NCBI GenBank assembly: GCA_031359215.1
Contig: JANMAA010000235.1
Coordinates: 1,589-65,588 of the forward strand
Length of the DNA: 64,000 nucleotides
Reading direction: 5' to 3'
Origin: Acidobacteriota bacterium
GTDB taxonomy: Bacteria; Acidobacteriota; Blastocatellia; Pyrinomonadales; Pyrinomonadaceae
Positions 1 to 7,857 of the stretch are shown one piece after another. The position numbers and the translations under genes were made by a program. Each line of letters starts with the position of its first letter. The first letter of the stretch is position 1. The notes below the pieces were generated by a model. It was not told the DNA's origin. It did no database searches and was given only the letters and a program-made list of their open reading frames with translations.

Positions 1-50
1 AGATTTGATATTATTAAAATGAAATAATTAAATTATTTTGAGAGAAGAAA

Positions 51-833
51 ATGAAAATAATATTTAACTTGCTTGTTTTAACCGGTATTTTCAGCTTTTT
101 GACTTTTGGGGTGATTGCACAAAAGCAGGAAATTCCGAAGACTAAAAGTAAAACGCCGGTTTTGGTCGAACTTTTTACATCCTAAGGCTGTTCGAGTTGT
201 CCGCCTGCCGACCGTGTTTTAACTCAACTCGAAAAAGACCAGCCGAATGCCGACGCGGAAATTATTGCACTTGAGATGCACGTTGATTACTGGAATTATC
301 TGGGTTGGCGGGACGAGTTTTCGCTTCCGCACTTTGGCGACAGGCAGGGCGGCTATGCGAATTTTTTCGGTCTCGATTCAAATTACACACCGCAAATGGT
401 CGTTGACGGACAAAAGGAATTTGTCGGCAGTAATTACAAAAACGCGACTAATGCGATTGCCGAAGCGGTTAAAAACGAAAAGGCGGCAGTAGAAATTTTA
501 ACCGAAACGGAAGCTAAAAAAATTAATTTCAAAATAAAAAGCAACGACATCGCCAAGCACGACGAGTCTTACATTTGGCTGGTTGTAACGGAAGATAATT
601 TAACGAATAGCGTTAGCCGTGGCGAAAATGCCGGCAGAACCCTGTCGCATACATCGGTGGTTCGTGAGATGAAACTTATCGGAAATCTGCTTCCTGCCGA
701 TAAAACATTCAATATCGAAACTTTTGTCAATATGCAGCCGAATTGGAACAAGAAAAACATCAAATTCGTCGTGTTTGTGCAGGGCAAACAATCAAAAAAG
801 GTTTTCGCTTTGGATAGAACCAAGTTATCTTAA
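51..833 (+). pseudogene. DUF1223-family secreted CxxC protein gene interrupted by a single in-frame TAA
   Basis: ATG at 51 opens a signal-peptide-like N-terminus (MKIIFNLLVLTGIFSFLTFGVIAQ...) in the same frame as ORF 276..833. Codon 183-185 is TAA exactly where the downstream paralog has GAA (LFTS-E-GCSSCP). The frame is otherwise open to 833. Confidence 0.75.
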
Positions 834-873
834 GGTTATCGAAAATTTATATTATTTTGAAGGAGAAAAATAT

Positions 874-1689
874 ATGAAACACGTTTTATTAATCGGACTT
901 TTAGCACTTTTTTCCGTCTTAGCAGCGTGCAGCGTGCAGTCTGATACGACGGTTGTTGACGTTCCGCAAATACAACCGAACAAGCCGAATGAGCCAACCG
1001 AGCCGGTAAATAATAAAAATAAACAGCCGGTTTTAGTCGAACTTTTTACATCCGAAGGCTGTTCGAGTTGTCCGTCCGCCGACCGTGTTTTAGCGCAACT
1101 CGATAAAGATCAGGCGAATCCGAATGCCGAGATCATTACGCTTTCCCTCCACGTCGATTATTGGGACAACATCGGTTGGAAAGACCAGTTTTCATCTTCT
1201 TTGTATAGTCAACGGCAAGCCGCCTACGGGCGCGCATTGAGGTTGGATTCAAATTACACGCCGCAGATGGTGGTTGACGGGCAAACCGAATTCGTCGGCA
1301 GTAATATGTCGAACGCCAACAAAGCGATAACGGATAATGCCAAAAACATCAAAGCTAATGTCGAATTATCCAATGCCGGAAATAATTTGAAAGTAAAAAT
1401 TTCCGATATTCCTAACCACGAAAATGCGACGGTTTTTTTGGCAATCGCCGAAGATAATTTAGCAACAAGCGTCAAAGGCGGTGAAAATTCGGGACGCAAA
1501 CTCGAACATTCGTCAGTTGCCCGCGAACTAAAATCAATCGGTGCGGTAACAGCGCAACAAAACAGTTTTACTACCGAAACGACAGTGCAGTTTCAGCCGA
1601 ATTGGAAAAAGGAAGATGTGAAACTGATTGTTTTTCTGCAAGACAATACAAGCCGGAAAATTTTGGGCGTAAATAGAATTGTGCTTTAG
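874..1689 (+). CDS. DUF1223 domain-containing lipoprotein (intact paralog)
   Basis: AGGAG at 861-865 precedes ATG 874. Lipobox-like MKHVLLIGLLALFSVLAAC. SEGCSSCP and HVDYWDNIGWKD/YTPQMVVDG motifs are typical of DUF1223. About 88% nucleotide identity to copy 1 around the CxxC patch. Confidence 0.85.
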   Translation: MKHVLLIGLLALFSVLAACSVQSDTTVVDVPQIQPNKPNEPTEPVNNKNKQPVLVELFTSEGCSSCPSADRVLAQLDKDQANPNAEIITLSLHVDYWDNIGWKDQFSSSLYSQRQAAYGRALRLDSNYTPQMVVDGQTEFVGSNMSNANKAITDNAKNIKANVELSNAGNNLKVKISDIPNHENATVFLAIAEDNLATSVKGGENSGRKLEHSSVARELKSIGAVTAQQNSFTTETTVQFQPNWKKEDVKLIVFLQDNTSRKILGVNRIVL

Positions 1690-1716
1690 AAAGATTAAAT
1701 TTTGGTTATTTTAAGG

Positions 1717-1774
1717 TAGTGCAAATATCATTAAATGAAAAATCTTTGAATTATATTTGCACTATTTTGTTTTT
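1717..1774 (+). terminator. Hairpin plus T-run downstream of the DUF1223 gene
   Basis: TAGTGCAAATAT (1717-1728) pairs with ATATTTGCACTA (1753-1764), followed by TTTTGTTTTT. Confidence 0.5.
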
Positions 1775-1977
1775 AAAATAAATTTTATTGCATTTTGAAT
1801 TATTGTGTGTGAGAATGAGTTTTCTTCCTGTTATCCATGTAATCGGGAATTTTACTTGAAAACACTCTTCAGTGCCGGACTAAGTTAGACCAATTTTAGG
1901 TCGAAATGTAAATAAAAAAAGTGTTTTTAAAAAAATATAGTCTAACTTAATTGAGTCTCGTTAATTAACTGAAGCCG

Positions 1978-2135
1978 GTGCAAATTAAAGTTTATGTGTT
2001 TTTAGCAATTTACAATTACTGAAATAGTTGATAGTTGATAGTTGATAAACGTCATCTTCAAGCCGACTATTTATCAATTATTCAATATCAAATATCAATT
2101 ATTTCAGCAGTTTTTAACCCGTTTTTAATTTGCAC
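1978..2135. repeat. About 158-bp imperfect palindrome with internal heptamer direct repeats, upstream of the PqqD/Cys-rich gene
   Basis: Outer arms GTGCAAATTAAA (1978-1989) and TTTAATTTGCAC (2124-2135). Inner arms CTGAAATAGTTGATAGTTGATAGTTGATAAA versus TTTATCAATTATTCAATATCAAATATCAATTATTTCAG. The left arm carries 3 tandem AGTTGAT units. Confidence 0.8.
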
Positions 2136-2165
2136 ACTCTTCAATTATATTGAAAATAGTGAAAG

Positions 2166-2780
2166 GTGATGAGTATTGGAACAGCGGTTTTAGTTCCGGT
2201 ATTTAACAATCCTTCCAGAAAAAAAATAAAAAACCAAAATAAACCGTTACGCCGTAAAGATGAAATTATTGTTCAAGAACTTAATGGAGAAGTTTTAATT
2301 TATGACTTAAAATCGAATAAAGCGATTTGCTTGAATGAAGTTTCTTCTTTGGTTTGGTATGCCTGTGACGGAAACCAAAGTGTTTCGGAAATCAGTCAAT
2401 CCATCGGAGAAAAACTAAACTCTCCCGCCAATGAAGATATTGTGTGGTTGGCGTTAGACCAACTTAAAAAAGAAAAGTTGATTGCTAATGATACAGAAAT
2501 TGTTTCCAAATTTGATGGAATGTCGCGCCGTGAAGTTATCAGGAAAGTCGGTTTGGGAACAATGATGGCTTTACCGATAATTACATCATTGATTGCTCCA
2601 ACTGCCGCTAATGCTCAATCTATATGTGCCGGTGCTTGTACCTGCACAATGACCGGTATGACAGTTGGGGCTGGGAATCCATGTGCGCCACCAAATACGG
2701 GCGGGTGTTCGACGGCTATTTCAGGATGTACTTGTCGCGCCAGTGATAACGGAAATAATTTTAACGGTGCTTGCAGTTAG
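2166..2780 (+). CDS. PqqD/RRE-like domain fused to an internal Tat-type signal peptide and a 54-aa 8-Cys C-terminal peptide
   Basis: Residues about 33-105 (EIIVQELNGEVLIYDLKSNKAICLNEVSSLVWYACDGNQSVSEISQSIG...LALDQLKKEKLI) match the PqqD-family pattern. M119-SRREVIRKVGLGTMMALPIITSLIAPTAANA-Q151 is a complete twin-arginine signal with an AxA site. The tail is QSICAGACTCTMTGMTVGAGNPCAPPNTGGCSTAISGCTCRASDNGNNFNGACS. Confidence 0.7.
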   Translation: MMSIGTAVLVPVFNNPSRKKIKNQNKPLRRKDEIIVQELNGEVLIYDLKSNKAICLNEVSSLVWYACDGNQSVSEISQSIGEKLNSPANEDIVWLALDQLKKEKLIANDTEIVSKFDGMSRREVIRKVGLGTMMALPIITSLIAPTAANAQSICAGACTCTMTGMTVGAGNPCAPPNTGGCSTAISGCTCRASDNGNNFNGACS

Positions 2781-2924
2781 TTTTTAATCAATAATCTAAA
2801 CGATACAAAATTTCAGATGGTCGTCTTTGTGATAAATCAATTGCATAAGATTATCGCCTGAGATAATTTAGCTGTGTTTTGCATCACCGTTTCGGTGAAA
2901 AATTTAGAAACTCCCAAGTCTTTT

Positions 2925-3926
2925 TTACAACTTTTTTTTATTCGGGAATCTAAGATGTGGAGTATTTTGTTGCGCCATTCTAACTCTTGCAAACGCAAAA
3001 ACAGGCGAATAGTTTTGCGGTTTTATTTCAGGATTTGACGGCAAACTCACTGACCAGTTTTCTTTTTTTTGTGCAAGGCTTAAATCAAATTTGATTTCGC
3101 CAACGGCAAGTTGGAAAGGCTGAAATTCATAGATCGTAGTATTCCAACTTTGTGAATCAAAAGCATCCATCTTTATTTCGTCGGTGAAAAAAGAGTGAGT
3201 AAAAGTGGCGAAAGCATTTACTTCCGATATATTATCTAATTGCCACGACAGCGAAAGATTTTGTAGACACGGATTGGATTCTACCGTTCTAAAATCAATT
3301 TTGACAAGTTCTTGCGGTTCTGCTAAAAATTTCACCCTTTGCCGTTCTGACAAAGAATAAGTTTGTGGATAATTATATGATAAAGATTTGAAAAAATCGC
3401 ATTTAATCGGTAATCCGGCGGGCAAGCCCTGAATTGAATTTTCAACCCGCACGGGAATAGCAAACATAATCATTTTTTGCGGGATCAATATTCCGTTAGA
3501 TGCCAAAAAACGATTTCTCAACTTAACAAAAGCACTCACAGTCGCTTCGCCAAAAGCATCAACACCAAAAATCTCGCTAACAATGAGGTTAAATTTGCCG
3601 CGAATTTTGAAATCGTTTGAATGGGCGTGGATAATTTCCATTTTGTTTGCGACACCGTTTTCTTGTGCGTGCCGAAACATTATTGGAATTAAACTTTCTT
3701 CAATCTCAAGCGCTACAACTCTCTTTGCTCCGAGTTTTGCCGCTAAAATTGCCCAAATGCCCGTTCCCGCACCAACATCAAGAAAGTTTGTTTCGCTAGT
3801 AATATTTTTTTTGATTGCTTCATAAAGTAATTTATTTCTAACACCATCTGCTAGCATCTTTCGGTGATAAGGTAATACACCCTGGATTTGAGTGGAAAAT
3901 TTCTCGTCGTTCGTTAGTGGCTTCAT
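2925..3926 (-). CDS. Protein arginine N-methyltransferase (PRMT)-like class I SAM methyltransferase
   Basis: HRKMLADGVRNKLLY plus LDVGAGTGIWAILAAKLGAKRVVALE (motif I). SEIFGVDAFGE has two Glu 9 residues apart (double-E loop). SQSWNTTIY sits at the THW-loop position. Length of 333 aa equals a PRMT core. Confidence 0.75.
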   Translation of the reverse strand: MKPLTNDEKFSTQIQGVLPYHRKMLADGVRNKLLYEAIKKNITSETNFLDVGAGTGIWAILAAKLGAKRVVALEIEESLIPIMFRHAQENGVANKMEIIHAHSNDFKIRGKFNLIVSEIFGVDAFGEATVSAFVKLRNRFLASNGILIPQKMIMFAIPVRVENSIQGLPAGLPIKCDFFKSLSYNYPQTYSLSERQRVKFLAEPQELVKIDFRTVESNPCLQNLSLSWQLDNISEVNAFATFTHSFFTDEIKMDAFDSQSWNTTIYEFQPFQLAVGEIKFDLSLAQKKENWSVSLPSNPEIKPQNYSPVFAFARVRMAQQNTPHLRFPNKKKL

Positions 3927-3989
3927 ATTCAGTTGAAACTTTTAACTAAAATAGTTGCTCTGTCAAATGATATACAGGAAGAATTTAAA

Positions 3990-4235
3990 TTACCAACGCC
4001 AATCGTATTTGGAAAAATTTTCGCGCCAATTTTCTTCTGTTTCGGTTTTGAGAATGGGGATTTTCCCGTCGAAAACAATTTCCGCATCTAACAGGCGACG
4101 CAAACGGTAAGTTCTGCCCAAGGGCGAACAGACAATCAGCGTCGCTTTTTCTTCGTCAAATTTTGAGATAACCGCAACCCGCCAATCTATTTTGGAACGG
4201 ACAAGCAGACGTGCGCCGACGGGCAAATCACGCAA
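3990..4235 (-). CDS. Small Arg-rich hypothetical protein (about 81 aa; longest ORF extends to 4334)
   Basis: ORF 3990..4334 overlaps the 3' end of the upstream gene by 97 nt. A TTG at 4235 lies 2 nt after that gene's stop. No recognisable domain. Confidence 0.35.
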   Translation of the reverse strand: MRDLPVGARLLVRSKIDWRVAVISKFDEEKATLIVCSPLGRTYRLRRLLDAEIVFDGKIPILKTETEENWRENFSKYDWRW

Positions 4236-4237
4236 GG

Positions 4238-4984
4238 TTATTTGAGTTTCGGGAGTTTCCAAGATTTTTGGTAAGTTTGATAATTTGCTTCGGGCATTTG
4301 AATTAAAACCGGATTTTTTTCGGCATCGAGCCAACTCAAAAGCGTTTCTATGTTTTCACGTTTCATCGCCGTGCATCCGGCTGTGCCGCTTTTTTCGTCC
4401 TTCCAGATGTGTAGAAAAATACAAGAACCGTTGCCATTTTTAACCGGGATTAAATTATGAGCGACAAAAACGCCTAAATCGTATTGTGCGCCAACCGCCA
4501 ACATCTTTTCCGAACTGTCCCAATCGAAATTTCCGATCTTGTAGCGGTCAACAATTTGGTTATAGTTAGCGGATTTTGTATCGTCAACGCATTCGGTTGA
4601 TGATTTGAGTTCGGTAAAGGGAAGTTTGACGTAATCGGGTTTTGCATGTGATCCGAAGGCGGAAGTTAGATTAAAAATTCCGGCAGGCGATTTGCCGTCG
4701 CCTTCGCGTTTATATTTGACAGGTTTTTCAGATAATAAATAAGCAATATCTTCACTCCACGCCAGACCGTTTTTGCCGACGACAACCGGGAAAATTGTGC
4801 TGACCGCATTCCATTCGGTTTTCAAGTTTTTACGTTCAAACATTTGTGCTTTACCTTGAATCGAGTTCCAATCTTTGGTCGTTACGACAATTACCTGAAG
4901 CGATTTGGAAAATGTGGTTTTTTGCGCGCAAATATTATGGCTGAAAAAAAGAATTCCTAAAAAAAGAAAAGTAATTATCTTCAT
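4238..4984 (-). CDS. L,D-transpeptidase-family (YkuD/COG3786-like) secreted protein
   Basis: Signal peptide [22 protein letters not shown]-terminal GSCIFLHIW...TAGCTAM resembles the His...Cys catalytic motif of L,D-transpeptidase folds. Confidence 0.6.
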   Translation of the reverse strand: MKIITFLFLGILFFSHNICAQKTTFSKSLQVIVVTTKDWNSIQGKAQMFERKNLKTEWNAVSTIFPVVVGKNGLAWSEDIAYLLSEKPVKYKREGDGKSPAGIFNLTSAFGSHAKPDYVKLPFTELKSSTECVDDTKSANYNQIVDRYKIGNFDWDSSEKMLAVGAQYDLGVFVAHNLIPVKNGNGSCIFLHIWKDEKSGTAGCTAMKRENIETLLSWLDAEKNPVLIQMPEANYQTYQKSWKLPKLK

Positions 4985-5062
4985 TTTTACTGAAAGTTAA
5001 AAGCCGCGAAAGATACAAACTACAGGAACTAGTATCTTTCGCGGCTTTATTTTGCAGACATT

Positions 5063-5851
5063 TTAATCTTCAAACGGTAAATCGTGGTTAGCGGATTTTT
5101 GGCTAACAGCGTAGAAACGCAAACCGATGGAAAGCATCAAAACTGAAATGCCGATCCAAATAAAAACCCACGCAAACGCCGGCAAGCCGGTCGCCATTGC
5201 CATATTCGCCGCGTCCGTATGAATATCCGAACCGATAAGCGGCGCATTGATAAAAAATAAAGTTTTTAAGTCCGAGAAAGCATTTAGAAGACACTGAACG
5301 GCGAGAAAACTCAGGGCAAACTGCACGACTTTCGGGCTGGCGTATTTAGCTAACGCAAGTAGTCCGACGATTAGCAATGCGCCGGAAAAGACGGTGAAAG
5401 CGACGCTTCCCGGTGTAACCTGAGCCGAAAAAATATTCCAAATCGGTGCGATAAGTCCGAAAACAAGCGTCATAGCTCCGACGAAAATTGCCGAACCCGT
5501 TAAAATTATCCGCGCTGAGTAGTCACGACGAATCAATACGAGAAGCAATGTCCCGAAAGCGATCGTGCCTAAATATCCCGCGCTTGAAATGAGCAGCGCG
5601 GCAAACCAATTTGACGGCAGAGAGTAAACCATTCCGCTTCCGTCGGTTGAAACCGTCAGGCTTTGCACCGAACTTCCCGTAACGAACGACATCAGTGCGT
5701 GACTTCCTTCGTGAATAAATGTTACGAAAAGCCTGATCGGATAAACCAGGTATTCGGTGTATGGAATAAACCACAAGGCAATAGTGATAAGGGTTGCAAT
5801 CAGTAAAAGAATCAATTTCGGTTTGGCATCTTCGGCAACTTTGTATTTCAT
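5063..5851 (-). CDS. M50B-like integral membrane metallopeptidase
   Basis: HEGSH (HExxH) in the first TM region, followed by DGSG. About 7 predicted TM helices. Confidence 0.7.
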   Translation of the reverse strand: MKYKVAEDAKPKLILLLIATLITIALWFIPYTEYLVYPIRLFVTFIHEGSHALMSFVTGSSVQSLTVSTDGSGMVYSLPSNWFAALLISSAGYLGTIAFGTLLLVLIRRDYSARIILTGSAIFVGAMTLVFGLIAPIWNIFSAQVTPGSVAFTVFSGALLIVGLLALAKYASPKVVQFALSFLAVQCLLNAFSDLKTLFFINAPLIGSDIHTDAANMAMATGLPAFAWVFIWIGISVLMLSIGLRFYAVSQKSANHDLPFED

Positions 5852-5970
5852 TTTCTCAAAATCTCCTTATAAATTTCTAAAACACTCTACGTTTTATTTT
5901 ACACTATTGTTCGTAAATCGTTAATAGTTAGTTGTAAATTTCAGATGGTTTGTTGCTTTGTTATTAACTG

Positions 5971-6438
5971 CTAATTCTTTGCATAATCCGACTTTCCGCC
6001 GGTTTTCGATTTTAACTGAATTTCTGTAATGCAAATATCTTTTTGCACCGCTTTGCACATATCGTAAACAGTCAACGCAGCAACCGAAATCGCTGTCAAT
6101 GCTTCCATTTCAACGCCGGTTTGTGAGTTTGTTTTGGCTTCTGCTTCCAAATAAATGCCGAAGTCCTTTATTTCGACCTTGATCTCGACTTTCGACAAAT
6201 TTATCTGATGACACAACGGAATCAGGCTTGAAGTTTGCTTTGCCGCCATAATTCCGGCGATTCGGGCGATTTCCAGCGGATTGCCTTTCGGATTTTTATT
6301 CGACGTAAGAATTGTGAGCGTTTCTTTATTTAGCAGCACTTTGCCCGAAGCGACTGCGTGGCGCGATGTTACGATTTTGTCACCGACATCAACCATTTTA
6401 ATGTTGCCCGATTCGTCAAAATGTGAAAGTTTTTTCAT
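5971..6438 (-). CDS. moaC: Cyclic pyranopterin monophosphate synthase MoaC
   Basis: Full-length similarity to MoaC (MVDVGDK...LIPLCHQI...GVEMEALTA...TVYDMCKA). Confidence 0.92.
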   Translation of the reverse strand: MKKLSHFDESGNIKMVDVGDKIVTSRHAVASGKVLLNKETLTILTSNKNPKGNPLEIARIAGIMAAKQTSSLIPLCHQINLSKVEIKVEIKDFGIYLEAEAKTNSQTGVEMEALTAISVAALTVYDMCKAVQKDICITEIQLKSKTGGKSDYAKN

Positions 6439-6471
6439 TATTTTTAGATTGTGGCGCGATGAAAGAAATTT

Positions 6472-6591
6472 TCACCGCAGAAACGCAAAGACGCAGAGAA
6501 ATATGAATAAAAGATTATCAAAACAACCTGAAAGCATTATACTTTAAAGCAGAATTTCTAAAAAACTCTCCGCGTTTCTGCGTCTTTGCAG
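6472..6591. repeat. Inverted pair of triple 8-mer (CGCARARA) blocks between moeA and moaC
   Basis: Left block CCGCAGAAACGCAAAGACGCAGAGA (from 6474). Right block TCTCCGCGTTTCTGCGTCTTTGCAG (to 6591). About 19 of 25 positions are complementary around a roughly 65-nt AT-rich loop. Confidence 0.6.
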
Positions 6592-6599
6592 TTAATTAT

Positions 6600-7808
6600 T
6601 TATGGTAAATACGCAATTTCAACTACATCTCCGATTTCGCAATTCTTGCCCTGCGGCACAAAAGCAAGCGCATTAGCATTGGCAAAAGCGATGAAATTTG
6701 AAGAACCGCTAAAGCGCAAAGATTCGACGATCAGTTTTCCATCTTTATCGGTTTCAAGATGAACCGGCAAAAAACTGTCGCGTTCTTTTGCACCTTTAAT
6801 TTTAGCGGATGCAACGGCATAGCCTTGTTTTAACTGACAAATCGCTGCATTTTGCATTTTTAATAAAGCGGTTCGAACGAATAAATAAAATGTTACGGCA
6901 ACCGAAACCGGATTTCCCGGCAGACCGAAAATCAATTTGTCATTAAGTTTAGCAAAAACCGTCGGCTTGCCGGGTTTTAGACTGATACTTTCAAATAGAA
7001 TCTCCGCGCCTAAATTTCGCAGAGCAGGTTTTGTAAAATCATAATCACCAACCGAAACTCCGCCCGAAATAATTAAAACATCACAACTTTCGAGCGCGTC
7101 CAGAATTTTATTTTGCAAATTTTGCAGATCATCTTTGACTATCGGTAAAACTCGAACGTCAGCATAATCTTCCACAAAAATTTTAAGCATAACGGAATTC
7201 GAGTTGCGAATCTGATCTTTTTTCGGCGTTTCATTAATCCCGACAATCTCGCTGCCTGTCGCTAGAATCGCCACCTTCGGCTTTTTGACAACCTTGATTT
7301 CGGCATAGCCGAAAGATGCCAACGTCGCAATTTTTCGTGCGGTAATAATGTCGCCTTTATCAAAAACTTTCTTGCCTTTTACAATCTCGTCGGCGCGATT
7401 GACGATGTGTTGCTTTAATTTCGTCGGCTCTAAAATCGTGATAAAACCGTCGCTTTCGCTTGTCAATTCGACTTTTTGAACTGTGTCCGCGCCATCGGGA
7501 ATTCTCGCGCCGGTCATAATTCTGACGGCTTCGCCGGTTTTGATTTTTCCGTCAAAACCTGTTCCAGCCGAACTTTCGCCGACGATTTTAAGCATTACGG
7601 GTGTGTTCTCAGTATCTTTTGTTTTTACTGCAAAACCGTCCATCTGTGAACGATTAAACGGTGGCAAATCCATATCCGCACAAACTGCTTCCGCCAAAAC
7701 TCGCCCGCACGAATCGGCTATTTCAACCTTTTCAATGGAAAGTTTGCCGACTTGTTTTTCGATAATTTTTAAGGCTTTGGAAATCGGGATCATAGATGTT
7801 ACCGACAT
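6600..7808 (-). CDS. moeA: Molybdopterin molybdenumtransferase MoeA
   Basis: MoeA signature regions (FNRSQMDGFAV, GGVSVGDYDF, LPGNPVS). ATG at 7808 (MSVTSMIPISKAL) is preferred over the GTG at 7829. Confidence 0.9.
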   Translation of the reverse strand: MSVTSMIPISKALKIIEKQVGKLSIEKVEIADSCGRVLAEAVCADMDLPPFNRSQMDGFAVKTKDTENTPVMLKIVGESSAGTGFDGKIKTGEAVRIMTGARIPDGADTVQKVELTSESDGFITILEPTKLKQHIVNRADEIVKGKKVFDKGDIITARKIATLASFGYAEIKVVKKPKVAILATGSEIVGINETPKKDQIRNSNSVMLKIFVEDYADVRVLPIVKDDLQNLQNKILDALESCDVLIISGGVSVGDYDFTKPALRNLGAEILFESISLKPGKPTVFAKLNDKLIFGLPGNPVSVAVTFYLFVRTALLKMQNAAICQLKQGYAVASAKIKGAKERDSFLPVHLETDKDGKLIVESLRFSGSSNFIAFANANALAFVPQGKNCEIGDVVEIAYLP

Positions 7809-7857
7809 TATGAACACATTTTTAAACACGAGTTGCCGAAAATATATGAAAACTGAC

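Noticed and set aside
276-833. Treating ORF 276..833 as a normal stand-alone gene.
   Set aside because: The upstream 51..182 segment is in the same frame and encodes the signal peptide and the start of the CxxC motif. The ORF is therefore the downstream part of a gene interrupted by TAA at 183.
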